From an uncultured Rhodospirillaceae bacterium (GTDB lineage: Bacteria > Pseudomonadota > Alphaproteobacteria > UBA8366): DNA of 64,000 nucleotides. Shown here one piece after another: positions 9,356 through 22,143 of this stretch. The notes under the pieces were generated by a model. The model made no database searches. It was not told where the DNA came from and saw only the letters and a list, made by a program, of their open reading frames with translations. The stretch spans positions 606,024 to 670,023 of the forward strand of contig CAYPAV010000001.1 in the NCBI GenBank assembly GCA_964408805.1, given 5' to 3'. Both the position numbers and the translations under genes were made by a program. The stretch's first letter is position 1, and each line of letters opens with the position of its first letter.

Positions 9356-10657
9356 CTAGCCCCGGTCCGCCAGAATCTCCTTCGCAGCCGCAAGGCCCGA
9401 CAAATGGGCGCCGGCGATTTGGCCGGCCCAGTCGGCGCTCACCGCTTCGCCCGCGAAATAGAGCCGCCCGATCGGGAGGCCCAAAAGCTTCCGGCTCTTG
9501 GCGTGTCCCGGCCGCGCCGCCGAGAGGGCGCCGCCCGACCAGGGGTCGCTCGCCCATCCGGTGACCCGGGCGCGGCGAAAGGCGTTGTCGAACTTACCGC
9601 CGAAGGCGCGGGTCAGGGCCTGGCGCGCGTAATCGATCGCGGCGAGCGGGCCGGCGCGCTCGAGTTCGCCTGCGAAACCGCCGCCGACGAACCCAATCAC
9701 GAGATCGCTTTCGAAGGGGCGCAGCAGAAAGCGGCACGGCCGATTCTTGCCGTCCCATCCGAGCAGCCAGGTGCCGGCCGGCGCGTCGAGGACGCCAGGG
9801 CGATACTGCAGGGCAATCTTGTTGACCAGTCCCATGGGTACGTGCCCGATCGCATCCCGTTTCCAGTTCGGCAAGGCGGGATCGAAGGCGATGCGTTCGG
9901 CGCCAAGCACGCCCGTCGAGACGGTCAGCAGGGCCGCCGCCGCCTCGATCGTGCCCTTGGGCGTCTCCAGAACAATGCGGTCCGGCCGAAGGCGTATGCG
10001 TTCGACCGGGGTCGACAGCGAGACCGGCAGATCACGGCCAAGGGCCGCCGCCAGATTGCCGACGCCGCGCGGTATCATCCGCTCGATGCCGGTTTCCACC
10101 CTATGCCACCAGTCCCGGCTGGAAAGATCGGCGAAATCGACCCCGCGGGTAAGGGCGCCCGCGACCGTCGCCGCGAGCCGGCCCCAGCCCTCGCCCGGCG
10201 CCCAAATCGATGACAGCGCCACGTCGTCGCCCCCGCGCCGCTCCTCGAGTGTCGCGGTCATCCGGCCCATGGCCGCGTCAAAGGCATCCGAACCGCGAAG
10301 GGCCTTGCCGTTGGTGAAACTCCATATGGCGCCCTGGTCGTCGCTCGGCCGGAAGCCGTGGGCGCGCGCCAGCGGATCGACCGGGTTGCGATCAGCCGAA
10401 TGGAGACTGCCGCCGCCATGATCGAATATGGTCCCGAAGCTCGTGCTTTCGCTATGGGCGCGGCCGCCGATCCGCCCGCGCGCCTCGACGATCAGAACCT
10501 CGAGCCCGGCCGCCTTCAGCACACGGGCGGCCGAGAGACCCGCCATGCCGGCACCGATGACGACCACGTCGGGATTCCCGGGCAGGTTCGCGCGCGCCGG
10601 CAGGGCGAGTGCCGCACCGACGCCCGCGATAAATCCCCGCCGAGTAAAAGCGACCAT
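9356..10657 (-). CDS. FAD-dependent amine oxidase (flavin monoamine oxidase family), Tat-exported
   Basis: Internal ATG at 10657 of ORF 9356..11512. It has a twin-arginine signal FTRRGFIAGVGAALALPARA and the FAD motif VVVIGAGMAGLSAARVLKAAGLEVLIVEARGRIGGR. Confidence 0.85.
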   Translation of the reverse strand: MVAFTRRGFIAGVGAALALPARANLPGNPDVVVIGAGMAGLSAARVLKAAGLEVLIVEARGRIGGRAHSESTSFGTIFDHGGGSLHSADRNPVDPLARAHGFRPSDDQGAIWSFTNGKALRGSDAFDAAMGRMTATLEERRGGDDVALSSIWAPGEGWGRLAATVAGALTRGVDFADLSSRDWWHRVETGIERMIPRGVGNLAAALGRDLPVSLSTPVERIRLRPDRIVLETPKGTIEAAAALLTVSTGVLGAERIAFDPALPNWKRDAIGHVPMGLVNKIALQYRPGVLDAPAGTWLLGWDGKNRPCRFLLRPFESDLVIGFVGGGFAGELERAGPLAAIDYARQALTRAFGGKFDNAFRRARVTGWASDPWSGGALSAARPGHAKSRKLLGLPIGRLYFAGEAVSADWAGQIAGAHLSGLAAAKEILADRG

Positions 10658-10864
10658 GGGTAATGTCCGATTCGTGGCTCCGGCCGTACGCAAGAGTCTC
10701 GCCGCCCGTCGTCGAAGGCGCAAGCTTGCCGCGGAAGTTTTCCGATCCGCGTTAAACAACTCGACAGATTGCCCGTCAATTTGCATAAATGCCGGTCTTG
10801 GTCCGACGAAGCCCGGCGGTGATCGACGGAAACACCCCGGCCGGCCGGACCGGAAGGGAAATGC

Positions 10865-11545
10865 ATGTATCGAAGGCCCATCGCTTGCCTGGCGGCCATT
10901 GTCGCCTTTCTCCTCGCCCCGCTTGCCTCCGCGGCGGACCAGGGCGGGGCGGGCTATTACGCCGGGCTTCGCTTGATCGGCTCCGTCGCCGACGTGAACG
11001 ACAGTACCGGTAGCGGTCTCGGCGGCACGCTTCTCATCAACAACGACTCGGATCTGACCGCCGGCGCCGGGTTTCATGTCGGGTATCGTTGGAAGTCGAT
11101 GCCGCTCCGCACCGATCTCGAACTCAGCTATCGGTTTCGGTTCGATTACGACCTGCGCGATCAAGGAACCACGCAAGTCGGCTACGAGAATAATCTCGCG
11201 ACCATCGGGCTTTTGTTCAACGCGGTTTACGAGTTCCGAAACAAGAGCGGTTGGACCCCCTATGTCGGCGGCACTTTCGGCTGGGCGGGGAATCGGTCCA
11301 GCACCACGCGCACGAACCTCACGACGGCGGCGACCGAGGATCTCGACAACACGGCCAACAACTTCGCCTGGGGCGGCACGGTGGGCCTCGTCTGGCAATT
11401 CGCGAAGCGTTGGGATGTCGATTTCGGGTATCGCTATATCAATCTGGGCGAGGTCGATACGGGACAATTCGCCACCGGCGAGCGGATTACCGCGGACGAA
11501 TACATCGCCCATGACGTTTTGATTTCCGCCAATTACCGATTTTGA
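10865..11545 (+). CDS. Outer-membrane beta-barrel protein (OmpW/opacity-type small porin family)
   Basis: 226 aa. It has a signal peptide ending LASAAD, alternating beta-strand pattern, and a C-terminal aromatic terminus ANYRF. Confidence 0.8.
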   Translation: MYRRPIACLAAIVAFLLAPLASAADQGGAGYYAGLRLIGSVADVNDSTGSGLGGTLLINNDSDLTAGAGFHVGYRWKSMPLRTDLELSYRFRFDYDLRDQGTTQVGYENNLATIGLLFNAVYEFRNKSGWTPYVGGTFGWAGNRSSTTRTNLTTAATEDLDNTANNFAWGGTVGLVWQFAKRWDVDFGYRYINLGEVDTGQFATGERITADEYIAHDVLISANYRF

Positions 11546-11567
11546 GCGCGGCCGGCCCGAACGATCG

Positions 11568-12701
11568 ATGACCGAGGGACCGCTAACGGCCTACCGCGCG
11601 CTTCGCGACGACGGAGAGATCACCGCCGATCCGATGCAGGCGTTGGCCGCGGAGAAACTGCAAAGCGTGCACAACGCGTTGCGCGGCTATACGCCGGTCG
11701 ACGGGGCCGGCGGCTGGAAGGCGCGTTTCGGGCTGGCCCGTCGCCGGCAAGCGCCGCCGCAGGGACTCTACATCTACGGCCCCGCCGGACGCGGCAAGTC
11801 GATGCTGATGGATCTCTTCCATGCCGATGCACCGGTCGAGCGCAAGCGCCGCATCCATTTCCACGAATTCATGATAGAGGTCCACGACACCATTCACCGT
11901 TGGCGGAAATCGGCCGATAAATCGGCGAACGAGGTCGATCCGATGCCGCGGATCGCGCGTGAAATCGCGGGCGATGCATGGTTGTTGTGCTTCGACGAGT
12001 TTCATGTCGCCAACATCGCCGACGCGATGATCCTGGGACGCCTCTTCGAGGGGTTCTTCGACAGCGGCGTCGTCATCGTGGCGACCTCGAATTTTCCGCC
12101 CGACGAGCTTTATCGGAACGGTTTGCAGCGCGATCGCTTCCTGCCGTTCATCGACACGATCAAGGCCCGGCTGGATCTCTTGGAGCTGGCCTCGCCGACC
12201 GATTACCGGCAAGCCCGTCTCAGCCGCAAGCGGGTCTATCACACGCCGCTCGGCGACGGCGCGGCGGCGGCGCTCTCCCAAGCCTTCGACGACCTGACCG
12301 CGGGGGCTCGCGTCGAGGCCGAGGAGATCCAGGTCAAGGGCCGCCGGGTACCGATCCCCCGAAGTGCCCGCGGCGTCGCCTTTTTCGGGTTCGACGAGCT
12401 CTGCGGCCGGCCGTTGGGTGCCGAGGATTACATCGCCATCGCCGGCCGCTATCACACGGTCGTCCTCGATCGCGTGCCGATGATGTCGGCGGAGCGACGG
12501 AACGAGGCGAAACGCTTCATGAACCTGATCGACGTTCTCTACGAGAACAAAGTCAATTTGGTTGCCGCCGCCGCTGCCCCGCCCGACAATCTGTATCCCG
12601 ACGGGGATCATGCCTTCGAATTCCAACGCACCGTCAGCCGCTTGATCGAGATGCAGACGCCTGAATATATCGAGACTCCGCACGGAAAGCCGATCTCGTG
12701 A
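11568..12701 (+). CDS. zapE: Cell division protein ZapE (AFG1-like ATPase)
   Basis: 377 aa with Walker A GPAGRGKSMLMD and Walker B LLCFDEF. Its position immediately upstream of mdh is common in alphaproteobacteria. Confidence 0.9.
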   Translation: MTEGPLTAYRALRDDGEITADPMQALAAEKLQSVHNALRGYTPVDGAGGWKARFGLARRRQAPPQGLYIYGPAGRGKSMLMDLFHADAPVERKRRIHFHEFMIEVHDTIHRWRKSADKSANEVDPMPRIAREIAGDAWLLCFDEFHVANIADAMILGRLFEGFFDSGVVIVATSNFPPDELYRNGLQRDRFLPFIDTIKARLDLLELASPTDYRQARLSRKRVYHTPLGDGAAAALSQAFDDLTAGARVEAEEIQVKGRRVPIPRSARGVAFFGFDELCGRPLGAEDYIAIAGRYHTVVLDRVPMMSAERRNEAKRFMNLIDVLYENKVNLVAAAAAPPDNLYPDGDHAFEFQRTVSRLIEMQTPEYIETPHGKPIS

Positions 12702-13165
12702 CCGGCAGCGACACCGATTGCGGCCCGTCGCTCGAGATCAGACCCTCGCTTGGCCGAAACATCGTCTATTCGGTGACGGCGGTGGCGGTGGCAGCGGTCG
12801 TGATCGACATGGGGTGGTCGGGAGAAACCTCTGCCTTGCCCGCGTTTCTGGCGGGATTCGTGCTTCTCGCGGGTGCCGGCGTGGTGTTGGCCGCGCATCT
12901 TCCGGGGGCGTCCGGGCTCTATCTCACATCAGAGGGATTCGAGGTGCACGAACTCTACAACGTGAAGGCTTGCCGCTGGGAAGACGTGGGACCCTTCACG
13001 CTGAAGCGGCGGTTGGTCGGCAAGGCGGTCGAATTCTCCCATGCCGCGGGCGAGAACGGCCGGCCGGAAATCCGAACCCTTCCCGGCAACTACGCGATCT
13101 CGCCCTATCGTCTTCTTCAAGTCATGAACGAATGGCGCGACCGGGCGATCGAGCCGGTCGAATAG
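12698..13165 (+). CDS. Hypothetical two-helix membrane protein
   Basis: 155 aa. The GTG start overlaps the zapE stop (GTGA). Two hydrophobic segments are followed by a soluble C-terminal domain. I recognise no family. Confidence 0.55.
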   Translation: MTGSDTDCGPSLEIRPSLGRNIVYSVTAVAVAAVVIDMGWSGETSALPAFLAGFVLLAGAGVVLAAHLPGASGLYLTSEGFEVHELYNVKACRWEDVGPFTLKRRLVGKAVEFSHAAGENGRPEIRTLPGNYAISPYRLLQVMNEWRDRAIEPVE

Positions 13166-14314
<1,149 letters not shown>

Positions 14315-14426
14315 ATGTGGGAGCGGCGAAAATAATTGTTTCCGCGTCGCGGCCCGATGTTAACATTCCCGTAAGGACAGCACGCCATAATTGGCACGTC
14401 TCGGAAAACGGGGACGACGGAAACGC

Positions 14427-15623
14427 ATGAATATTCACGAATATCAGGCAAAAAGCCTGCTGAAGAAGTCCGGCGTGGCGGTGCCCGAGGGTGGTGTCGC
14501 CTATACGCCCGAGGAAGCCGTCAATGTCGCCCGGGAACTGGCGGGCGACCTTTGGGTGGTGAAGAGCCAAATCCATGCCGGCGGCCGGGGTGCCGGGCGG
14601 TTCAAGAACGATCCCGAGGGCGCGGGCGGTGTGCGCCTCGCCAGATCGATCGAGGACGTGCACGACCACGCGGCCGCGATGCTGGGCAATGTCCTGGTGA
14701 CCAAACAGACCGGGCCGGCCGGCAAGGAAGTCAAACGGATCTATATCGAGGATGGCTGCGACATTGCGCGCGAGCTCTACCTCAGTGTTTTGATCGACCG
14801 GGTCTCGAGCCAAATCACCGTCATGGCATCGACCGAGGGCGGCATGGACATCGAGGAGGTCGCCGAAAAGACGCCCGAGAAGATCATCAAGGTATCGATC
14901 GATCCCGCACTGGGGATGGAGGCGTTCTATGCCCGAAAAATCGCCTTCGGTCTCGGACTCGAGGGCAAACAGGTGGCGTCCGCCGTCAAGTTTCTTGCCG
15001 GCATTTACAAGGTCTTCACCGATTTGGATGCCAGTTTGGTCGAGATCAATCCCCTGGTGGTGACCGGCGGCGGCGAGGTGCTCGCCCTTGATGCCAAGAT
15101 GAATTTCGACGACAACGCGCTGTACCGTCATCACGACGTCGCCGACATGCGCGACGTGGACGAGGAAGACCCAACCGAGCTCGAGGCCTCGAAATACGAG
15201 CTGAATTATATCAAGCTTGACGGCAATATCGGCTGCATGGTCAATGGCGCCGGTTTGGCGATGTCGACGATGGACATCATCAAGCTTTACGGCAGCGAGC
15301 CGGCGAATTTTCTCGATGTCGGCGGTGGGGCGACCAAGGAACGCGTGACCGTCGCCTTCAAGATCATCCTGTCCGACCCGAACGTGGAGGGCATCCTGGT
15401 CAACATATTTGGCGGTATCATGCGCTGTGACGTGATCGCCGAAGGTGTCGTCGCGGCGGCCCGCGAGGTTAGCCTGCAGGTGCCGCTCGTGGTCCGCCTC
15501 GAAGGGACCAACGTCGATCTCGGCAAGAAAATCCTCGGCGAGTCCGGACTCGCGATCATCGCGGCCGACAACCTCGCCGATGCCGCAGAGAAGATCGTGA
15601 CCGCGGTCAAGGAGGCGAACTGA
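14427..15623 (+). CDS. sucC: Succinyl-CoA ligase (ADP-forming) subunit beta
   Basis: Internal ATG at 14427 of ORF 14391..15623. The N-terminus [17 protein letters not shown] is canonical. Confidence 0.97.
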   Translation: MNIHEYQAKSLLKKSGVAVPEGGVAYTPEEAVNVARELAGDLWVVKSQIHAGGRGAGRFKNDPEGAGGVRLARSIEDVHDHAAAMLGNVLVTKQTGPAGKEVKRIYIEDGCDIARELYLSVLIDRVSSQITVMASTEGGMDIEEVAEKTPEKIIKVSIDPALGMEAFYARKIAFGLGLEGKQVASAVKFLAGIYKVFTDLDASLVEINPLVVTGGGEVLALDAKMNFDDNALYRHHDVADMRDVDEEDPTELEASKYELNYIKLDGNIGCMVNGAGLAMSTMDIIKLYGSEPANFLDVGGGATKERVTVAFKIILSDPNVEGILVNIFGGIMRCDVIAEGVVAAAREVSLQVPLVVRLEGTNVDLGKKILGESGLAIIAADNLADAAEKIVTAVKEAN

Positions 15624-16498
15624 TGGCGGTCTGGGTCGGCAACGACACGAAGGTCATCTGCCAGGGATTCACCGGCAACCAGGGCACATTCCATTGCGAG
15701 CAAGCCATCGCATACGGAACCGACATGGTCGGTGGATGCACGCCGGGGAAGGGCGGGTCGACGCATCTCGACCTGCCGGTTTTCGATACCGTTGCCGAAG
15801 CCGTCGCTACCACCGGCGCCAATGCGTCCGTGATCTATGTCCCGCCGCCCTTCGCGGCGGATGCGATCGAGGAGGCACTCGATGCCGGCGTGCCCCTGAT
15901 CATCTGCATCACCGAGGGCATACCGGTTCTCGACATGGTGCGGGTGAAAAGCGCGTTGCGGCATTCCCGTAGTCGTCTGATCGGTCCGAACTGCCCCGGC
16001 ATCATCACGCCCGACGAATGCAAGATCGGGATCATGCCGGGCCATATCCACAAACGCGGCAAGATCGGCATCGTCTCGCGATCCGGTACCTTGACCTATG
16101 AGGCGGTGGCGCAGACGACGTCGGCGGGCCTCGGTCAGTCGACCTGCATCGGAATTGGCGGCGATCCAGTCAACGGAACGAATTTTATCGAAGCGATCGA
16201 CGCCTTCCTCGGCGACGAGGAGACCGAAGGCATCGTCATGATCGGCGAGATCGGCGGTTCGGCCGAGGAAGACGCCGCTCAATTCATCATGGACAGCAAG
16301 ATCAAGAAGCCGGTCTGTGGTTTCATCGCCGGTCAGACGGCGCCGCCCGGCAAGCGGATGGGTCACGCGGGCGCCATTATCTCGGGCGGCAAGGGGACGG
16401 CGGGCGATAAGATCGAGGCGATGAAAAGCGCCGGCATCTTCGTCTCCGAGAGCCCCGCCGGGATCGGCGAGACCATGACAGCAGCGCTACGCGGCTGA
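15623..16498 (+). CDS. sucD: Succinyl-CoA ligase subunit alpha
   Basis: 291 aa. The start overlaps the sucC stop (TGATG). The phosphohistidine loop context is MGHAGAII. Confidence 0.97.
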   Translation: MAVWVGNDTKVICQGFTGNQGTFHCEQAIAYGTDMVGGCTPGKGGSTHLDLPVFDTVAEAVATTGANASVIYVPPPFAADAIEEALDAGVPLIICITEGIPVLDMVRVKSALRHSRSRLIGPNCPGIITPDECKIGIMPGHIHKRGKIGIVSRSGTLTYEAVAQTTSAGLGQSTCIGIGGDPVNGTNFIEAIDAFLGDEETEGIVMIGEIGGSAEEDAAQFIMDSKIKKPVCGFIAGQTAPPGKRMGHAGAIISGGKGTAGDKIEAMKSAGIFVSESPAGIGETMTAALRG

Positions 16499-16578
16499 AG
16501 GCCGGATGGAATGAAGTCGGGGGGCGGACCCCAAGCCGCTCCCCCGCCCAAGATGGGCACCCAAGAGGGAGTGGTTTA

Positions 16579-19569
16579 ATGAGTTCCGATTTCGAGCAGA
16601 GTTCCTACCTCTATGGCGCCAACGAGACCTATGTCGCGGAGATGTATGCGCGCTATCTGCAGGACCCGGGGTCGGTCGATCCGGAATGGTCCGAGGTGTT
16701 CGAGGGTCTCGGCGACGACGAGAAGAGCTTTCTGAGCGAGCAGGAAGGCCCGAGTTGGGCGCCCCGCCAGACGGCCGTGGTCGGCGGCAACGGCGATTCC
16801 CCTTCGATGTCGGACGCAACCGCGGGGATGGCTCATCCGGCGATGGGCCAGCAGATGATGGGCATGCCCTTCATGGGTCCGATGGCGGCACCGGAGCAAA
16901 TTCGCCAGGCGACCACCGATTCCATTCGCGCCCTGATGCTGATCCGCAACTACCGGGTGCGCGGCCATCTGCACGCCGATCTCGATCCCTTGGGAATCGT
17001 CAAGCCACTGCCTCATTCCGAGCTCGACCCCGAATCCTATGGCTTCAGTACGTCCGACATGGAACGGCCGATCTTCATTAATTACGTGCTCGGGCTGGAA
17101 TCCGCTTCGGTTCGCCAGATCGTGAAAATTCTGGAGGACACCTATTGCGGCAAGATCGGCGTCGAGTTCATGCACATCCAGGAGCCGGAGGAAAAGACCT
17201 GGATCCAGGAGCGCATCGAATCGATTCGAAACCGCGCCAATTTCACCGACCTCGGACGGCGAACGATCCTGGAACGCGTCACGCAGGCCGAGGTCTTCGA
17301 ACAATATCTCGACCGGAAATATACCGGCACCAAGCGCTTCGGCCTCGACGGCGGGGAAGCCATGGTCCCGATGATCGAGCAGATCATGAAGCGGGGCGCC
17401 CAACTCGGCATCGAGGAAATCGTGATTGGCATGCCGCATCGCGGGAGGGTGAATTTTCTCGCCAACATCATGCGCAAACCCTATCGCGCGATGTTCTCCG
17501 AGTTCCAAGGCAACACCGCCAACCCGGAAGACGTCCAAGGGTCCGGCGACGTGAAGTATCACCTCGGCACCTCGTCCGACCGGGAATTCGACAGCAACAT
17601 CGTGCATCTCTCGCTGACCGCCAATCCCAGCCATCTGGAAGCGGTCAACACGGTCGTCCTCGGCAAGGTTCGCGCCAAGCAGCGCCAGAAGGGCGATTCG
17701 GAGCGTGAAAAGATCGTCGGGCTGCTGCTGCACGGCGATGCCGCCTTCTCCGGCCAGGGTATTGTGCCGGAGACGCTCGATCTCTCGCAGCTCAAAGGCT
17801 ACAAGACTGGGGGAACGATCCATCTGATCGTCAACAATCAGATAGGCTTCACGACCAGCCCGACCTATTCGCGCTCCTCTCCCTATTGCTCCGATGTCGC
17901 GAAGATGGTTTCGGCACCGATTTTCCACGTTAACGGCGACGACCCGGAAGCCTGTGTCCATGTTGCGCGCATGGCGACCGAGTATCGCCAGCGCTTCAAG
18001 AAGGACGTGGTGATCGACATGTGGTGTTATCGCCGCCACGGTCACAACGAATCGGACGAGCCGGCCTTTACCCAGCCGATCATGTACCGGCGGATCAAGG
18101 AACACCCGACGACCCGGGCGGTCTACGCCAAGCGGCTCGAGGATGACGGGCTGATCGAACGGGGCGAGGCCGATGGGATGGCGCAGCGCTTCCGTAAGCA
18201 TCTCGACCAGGAGTTCGAGGCCGCCACCAGCTACAAACCCAACAAGGCCGATTGGCTCGAGGGGCGCTGGACCGGCATGCAGATGGCGAGCGGCGACGCG
18301 CGCCGCGGCGAGACCGGCGTCGAACTCGGAACCCTACAAGAGGTCGGCTACGCCATCTCCGACGTGCCGCAGAACTTCAACGTCAACTCGAAGATCGTGC
18401 GCCAGTTGGAAGCCAAGCGACGGATGATCGAAACGGGTGCCGGGATCGACTGGGCGACGGCGGAGGCGTTGGCGCTTGGCACCCTGCTCGTCGAATCGAC
18501 TCCGGTCCGCCTCTCCGGGGAGGATTCCCAGCGCGGGACCTTCAGTCATCGCCATGCGGTCCTGATCGACCAGGAGACCGAGGAACGCTACAGCCCGCTC
18601 TCCAACCTCCGCTTCGGCCAGGCGCCGTTCGAGGTGATCGACAGTCCGCTCTCGGAATTCGGCGTGCTCGGTTTCGAATACGGCTATTCCCTGGCCGAGC
18701 CGCATTCCCTGGTGATCTGGGAATCCCAGTTCGGTGATTTCGCCAATGGCGCCCAGGTCATCATCGACCAGTTCATTTCGTCCGGCGAATCAAAATGGCT
18801 GCGGATGAGCGGCCTCGTTCTCTTGTTGCCGCACGGCTATGAAGGGCAGGGGCCGGAGCACAGCTCGGCCCGGCTCGAGCGCTATCTCCAGCTTTGCGCC
18901 GAGGACAATCTGCAGGTCGTCAACCTGACGACGCCGGCGAATTACTTCCATGCGCTGCGGCGCCAGATTCGGCGCGAATTCCGGAAACCCTTGATCGTAA
19001 TGACGCCGAAATCGCTGCTGCGGCACAAGCGCTGCGTCTCGCCATTGAGCGATATGGAAGCGGAGACCACCTTCCATCGGGTCTTGTGGGATGACCGGCA
19101 CTGGACCGGCGATCTCGCCGCCGACGACAAGATCCGCCGTGTCGTCCTCTGCTCCGGCAAGGTCTATTTCGACCTTGCAGAGGAGCGGGACAAGCGCGGA
19201 ATGGACGACGTCTTCATCATGCGGGTCGAGCAGCTCTATCCCTTCCCGCTCAAGGCTATGACGACCGATCTCGTGCGCTTTCCCAACGCGGATTTCGTCT
19301 GGTGCCAGGAGGAACCCCGCAATATGGGAGCCTGGTCCTATATCAACGAGCACATCGACTCCGTGCTGGTCGATGTCGGAATCGAGAAATGCCGGGTTCT
19401 ATATGCCGGCCGGCCCGCCGCCGCCTCACCCGCCACGGGCTCGCTCCGCCGTCACAACGCCGAGCAGGTCAAGCTCGTCGACGAGGCCTTGTCGCTGCCG
19501 CCGGCACCGGTGCGGCGGAGGGCGCCGAGTAGCAAAACCGCCGCGCGGAAATCCGCGAAACGCGGTTAA
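16579..19569 (+). CDS. sucA: 2-oxoglutarate dehydrogenase E1 component
   Basis: 996 aa with a canonical N-terminus ([18 protein letters not shown]) and conserved E1o blocks throughout. Confidence 0.97.
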   Translation: MSSDFEQSSYLYGANETYVAEMYARYLQDPGSVDPEWSEVFEGLGDDEKSFLSEQEGPSWAPRQTAVVGGNGDSPSMSDATAGMAHPAMGQQMMGMPFMGPMAAPEQIRQATTDSIRALMLIRNYRVRGHLHADLDPLGIVKPLPHSELDPESYGFSTSDMERPIFINYVLGLESASVRQIVKILEDTYCGKIGVEFMHIQEPEEKTWIQERIESIRNRANFTDLGRRTILERVTQAEVFEQYLDRKYTGTKRFGLDGGEAMVPMIEQIMKRGAQLGIEEIVIGMPHRGRVNFLANIMRKPYRAMFSEFQGNTANPEDVQGSGDVKYHLGTSSDREFDSNIVHLSLTANPSHLEAVNTVVLGKVRAKQRQKGDSEREKIVGLLLHGDAAFSGQGIVPETLDLSQLKGYKTGGTIHLIVNNQIGFTTSPTYSRSSPYCSDVAKMVSAPIFHVNGDDPEACVHVARMATEYRQRFKKDVVIDMWCYRRHGHNESDEPAFTQPIMYRRIKEHPTTRAVYAKRLEDDGLIERGEADGMAQRFRKHLDQEFEAATSYKPNKADWLEGRWTGMQMASGDARRGETGVELGTLQEVGYAISDVPQNFNVNSKIVRQLEAKRRMIETGAGIDWATAEALALGTLLVESTPVRLSGEDSQRGTFSHRHAVLIDQETEERYSPLSNLRFGQAPFEVIDSPLSEFGVLGFEYGYSLAEPHSLVIWESQFGDFANGAQVIIDQFISSGESKWLRMSGLVLLLPHGYEGQGPEHSSARLERYLQLCAEDNLQVVNLTTPANYFHALRRQIRREFRKPLIVMTPKSLLRHKRCVSPLSDMEAETTFHRVLWDDRHWTGDLAADDKIRRVVLCSGKVYFDLAEERDKRGMDDVFIMRVEQLYPFPLKAMTTDLVRFPNADFVWCQEEPRNMGAWSYINEHIDSVLVDVGIEKCRVLYAGRPAAASPATGSLRRHNAEQVKLVDEALSLPPAPVRRRAPSSKTAARKSAKRG

Positions 19570-19607
19570 GTCGATCGAACCGCGCGCAAGACAGAAAGGC
19601 GTCCCTA

Positions 19608-20861
19608 ATGTCGATTCAGATCACCGTCCCCTCCCTCGGCGAATCGGTCTCGGAAGCGACCGTGCTGAAATGGTTCAAGAATGTCGGCGACGCGATCACG
19701 GTGGACGAGCCCTTGGTCGAGTTGGAGACCGATAAGGTCACGGTCGAGGTGCCAGCGCCCTCGGCCGGCGTGCTGACGGAAATTCTGGTCGGCGACGGCA
19801 TCGAGGTCGCGGTCGGCACGGTGCTTGGCAGCCTTGAAGCGGGCGCGGTCGCGGCGGCGGTGCCGGCGGCACCCGCGGCTGAACCGGCGCCCGCTCCGGC
19901 CGTGGCGGCCGAACCCGCCGTCGCCGCCCCCGAGGTCAAGCTGTCCCCCGCCGTTCGCAAGCTGGTCGACGAAAAAGGCCTGAACCCCACCGACATCCCG
20001 GCGACGGGGAAGAAGGGTCAATTGACCAAGGGCGATGTCGAGGCCTTCTTGGCGGCGCCCCCGGCATCCGCGTCGGCGCCGACACCGGCCCTCGCCGCCG
20101 CCGCACCGCGGCCCATCCCCGCCGCCCCGGCACTTGGCCCCCTGCCGCCCCGGCCCGAGGACCCGCGCGAGGAGATCGTCCGGATGTCGCGCCTTCGCCA
20201 GCGCATCGCCGAGCGTCTCAAGGAGGCTCAGAACACGGCTGCCATGCTGACCACCTTCAACGAGGTGGACATGACCAATTTGATGGCGCTCCGGGCGGAA
20301 TACCGCGACAGCTTCGAGAAGAAGCACGGTGTTCGCCTCGGCTTCCTCAGCTTTTTCGTGAAGGGCTGTATCCTGGCCCTGAAGGAACTGCCGGCGGTCA
20401 ATGCCGAGATCTACGGCGACAAGCTGGTCTACAAGAACTATTACGATGTCGGCGTCGCCGTCGGCACGCCGCAAGGGCTGGTCGTTCCGGTGCTGCGCGG
20501 TGCCGACGAGATGAGTTTCGCCGAGATCGAGCGGACGATCGCCGATTACGGAAGACGGGCCCGCGACGGCAAGCTTACGGTGGCCGAGATGACCGGCGGC
20601 ACCTTCACCATCTCGAATGGCGGGGTCTACGGCTCGCTGATGTCGATGCCGATCCTGAACCCGCCGCAATCCGGTATCCTCGGCATGCATAAGATCCAGA
20701 AACGGCCGATGGTGGTGGGCGACGAGGTCGTCGTCCGCTCAATGATGTATCTGGCGCTGAGCTACGATCACCGCATCGTCGACGGCCGCGAGGCGGTCAC
20801 CTTCTTGGTCCGTCTCAAGGAATGTATCGAGGACCCGCAGCGGCTGTTGATCGACGTTTAG
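19608..20861 (+). CDS. sucB: Dihydrolipoyllysine-residue succinyltransferase (E2o)
   Basis: 417 aa. It has a lipoyl domain with ETDKV, an Ala/Pro linker, a subunit-binding domain and the catalytic SYDHRIVDG motif. Confidence 0.97.
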   Translation: MSIQITVPSLGESVSEATVLKWFKNVGDAITVDEPLVELETDKVTVEVPAPSAGVLTEILVGDGIEVAVGTVLGSLEAGAVAAAVPAAPAAEPAPAPAVAAEPAVAAPEVKLSPAVRKLVDEKGLNPTDIPATGKKGQLTKGDVEAFLAAPPASASAPTPALAAAAPRPIPAAPALGPLPPRPEDPREEIVRMSRLRQRIAERLKEAQNTAAMLTTFNEVDMTNLMALRAEYRDSFEKKHGVRLGFLSFFVKGCILALKELPAVNAEIYGDKLVYKNYYDVGVAVGTPQGLVVPVLRGADEMSFAEIERTIADYGRRARDGKLTVAEMTGGTFTISNGGVYGSLMSMPILNPPQSGILGMHKIQKRPMVVGDEVVVRSMMYLALSYDHRIVDGREAVTFLVRLKECIEDPQRLLIDV

Positions 20862-20886
20862 GCTTGGGGGTGACCACGCAATACCC

Positions 20887-22134
20887 CTATCCCAGAATCA
20901 GCCCCACCATCGCCGCCGTCATCAACGTCGCCAGCGTCCCGGCGAGGATCGACTTCAGACCGAGTCCGGCGATCTCGGCGCGGCGTTCGGGCGCCATCGC
21001 GCCAAGCCCGCCGAGCATGATCCCGAGACTGCCGAAATTGGCGAAGCCGCAGAGCGCATAGGTCATGATCAGGCGCGATCGATCCGAAAGCGTCCCCGCC
21101 GGGAGCTCGGCCAGGCGCAGATAGGCGAGAAATTCGTTCAACACCACTTTAACGCCAAGCAGTGATCCCGCCTCGGCCGCCTCCGACCAGCCGATACCCG
21201 TCAGCCAAGCGAGCGGCGCCATGACCCAGCCGAGGACTCGTTCCAGGCTGAGGGGCGTGCCCCCGACCGTTGGCAACAGCCCAACCGCGAGGTTGATCAG
21301 ATGCACGAGTGCAAGCAGCACCACCAGCATGGCAATGACGTTGATCAGCAATCCCACGCCGTCGATCGTGCCCCGCGCCACCGCGTCGAGGGTGCTTTTC
21401 GATTCCGAGCGGGGAATTTCGAGAGCCGCCGTGCCGCCGTCCTCGCCCGGCACCATGATCCGGGCGATGACGATGGCGGCGGGTGCGTTCATCAAGGAGG
21501 CGGTTAGAAGGTGCCCTGCCGGATCGGCGATCACCTGGCCCAGGATCGAGGCGTAGACCACCAGCACCGTGCCCGCGATGGTCGCCATGCCGCAGGCCAT
21601 TACCAAGAAGAGCTCGCTCCGATCGAGCCGGGCGATATAGGGCCGGATCAGGAGGGGTGCTTCGATCATGCCGACGAAGACGTTCGCCGCGGCCGCGATC
21701 CCGCCCGCACCGCCGACGCCGAGGGCCCGCTCCAATACGATCGAGAAGGCCCGGACCAGGCCCGGCAGCAGGCGCCAATGATAGAGCACCGCGGTCAGCG
21801 CGCTCACCACCAGGATCAGCGGCAAGGCCTGGAACGCAAGGATGAAGCCCGCCCCCGGAAAGGGCGGTTCGAAAGGCAGCGGCCCGCCGCCGAGATAGCC
21901 GAAGACGAAACCCGTGCCGGCCTTGGTGGCGGATTGCAGCGCGAGGACCCCCTGATTGACGGCCTCGAAGACGATACGGGACGGTGGCAGCTTCAGGAGC
22001 AGCACCGCGAGGACAGCCTGGAGGGCCACCCCCGCCGCGGCCGTGCGCCAGGGGAACCGACGCCGGTCCTCGCTTGCCAGCCAGGCGAGGCCGACGAACA
22101 CGACCAGGCCCAACAACCCTTGTAGAAGTGTCAT
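20887..22134 (-). CDS. NupC/NupG-family concentrative nucleoside transporter
   Basis: 415 aa, polytopic. The N-terminus MTLLQGLLGLVVFVGLAWLASEDRR and overall pattern are typical of CNT/NupC transporters. Confidence 0.85.
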   Translation of the reverse strand: MTLLQGLLGLVVFVGLAWLASEDRRRFPWRTAAAGVALQAVLAVLLLKLPPSRIVFEAVNQGVLALQSATKAGTGFVFGYLGGGPLPFEPPFPGAGFILAFQALPLILVVSALTAVLYHWRLLPGLVRAFSIVLERALGVGGAGGIAAAANVFVGMIEAPLLIRPYIARLDRSELFLVMACGMATIAGTVLVVYASILGQVIADPAGHLLTASLMNAPAAIVIARIMVPGEDGGTAALEIPRSESKSTLDAVARGTIDGVGLLINVIAMLVVLLALVHLINLAVGLLPTVGGTPLSLERVLGWVMAPLAWLTGIGWSEAAEAGSLLGVKVVLNEFLAYLRLAELPAGTLSDRSRLIMTYALCGFANFGSLGIMLGGLGAMAPERRAEIAGLGLKSILAGTLATLMTAAMVGLILG

Positions 22135-22143
22135 CGATACCCC

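Noticed and set aside
9356-11512. A 718-aa ORF suggesting a very large protein.
   Set aside because: Only the part from the internal ATG at 10657 (Tat signal plus FAD motif) looks real. The upstream 285 codons are antisense to, or upstream of, the outer-membrane protein gene and have no features.
16576-18201. A 541-aa minus-strand ORF. Similar long antisense ORFs lie at 1226-2443, 19605-20690, 23619-25007, 33288-34562, 39875-41377, 44494-45690 and 62056-63651.
   Set aside because: Each is antisense to a confidently identified housekeeping gene (sucA, sdhA, sucB, lpdA, atpD, leuB/leuD, rimM/rpsP, pgk) and has biased, motif-free composition.
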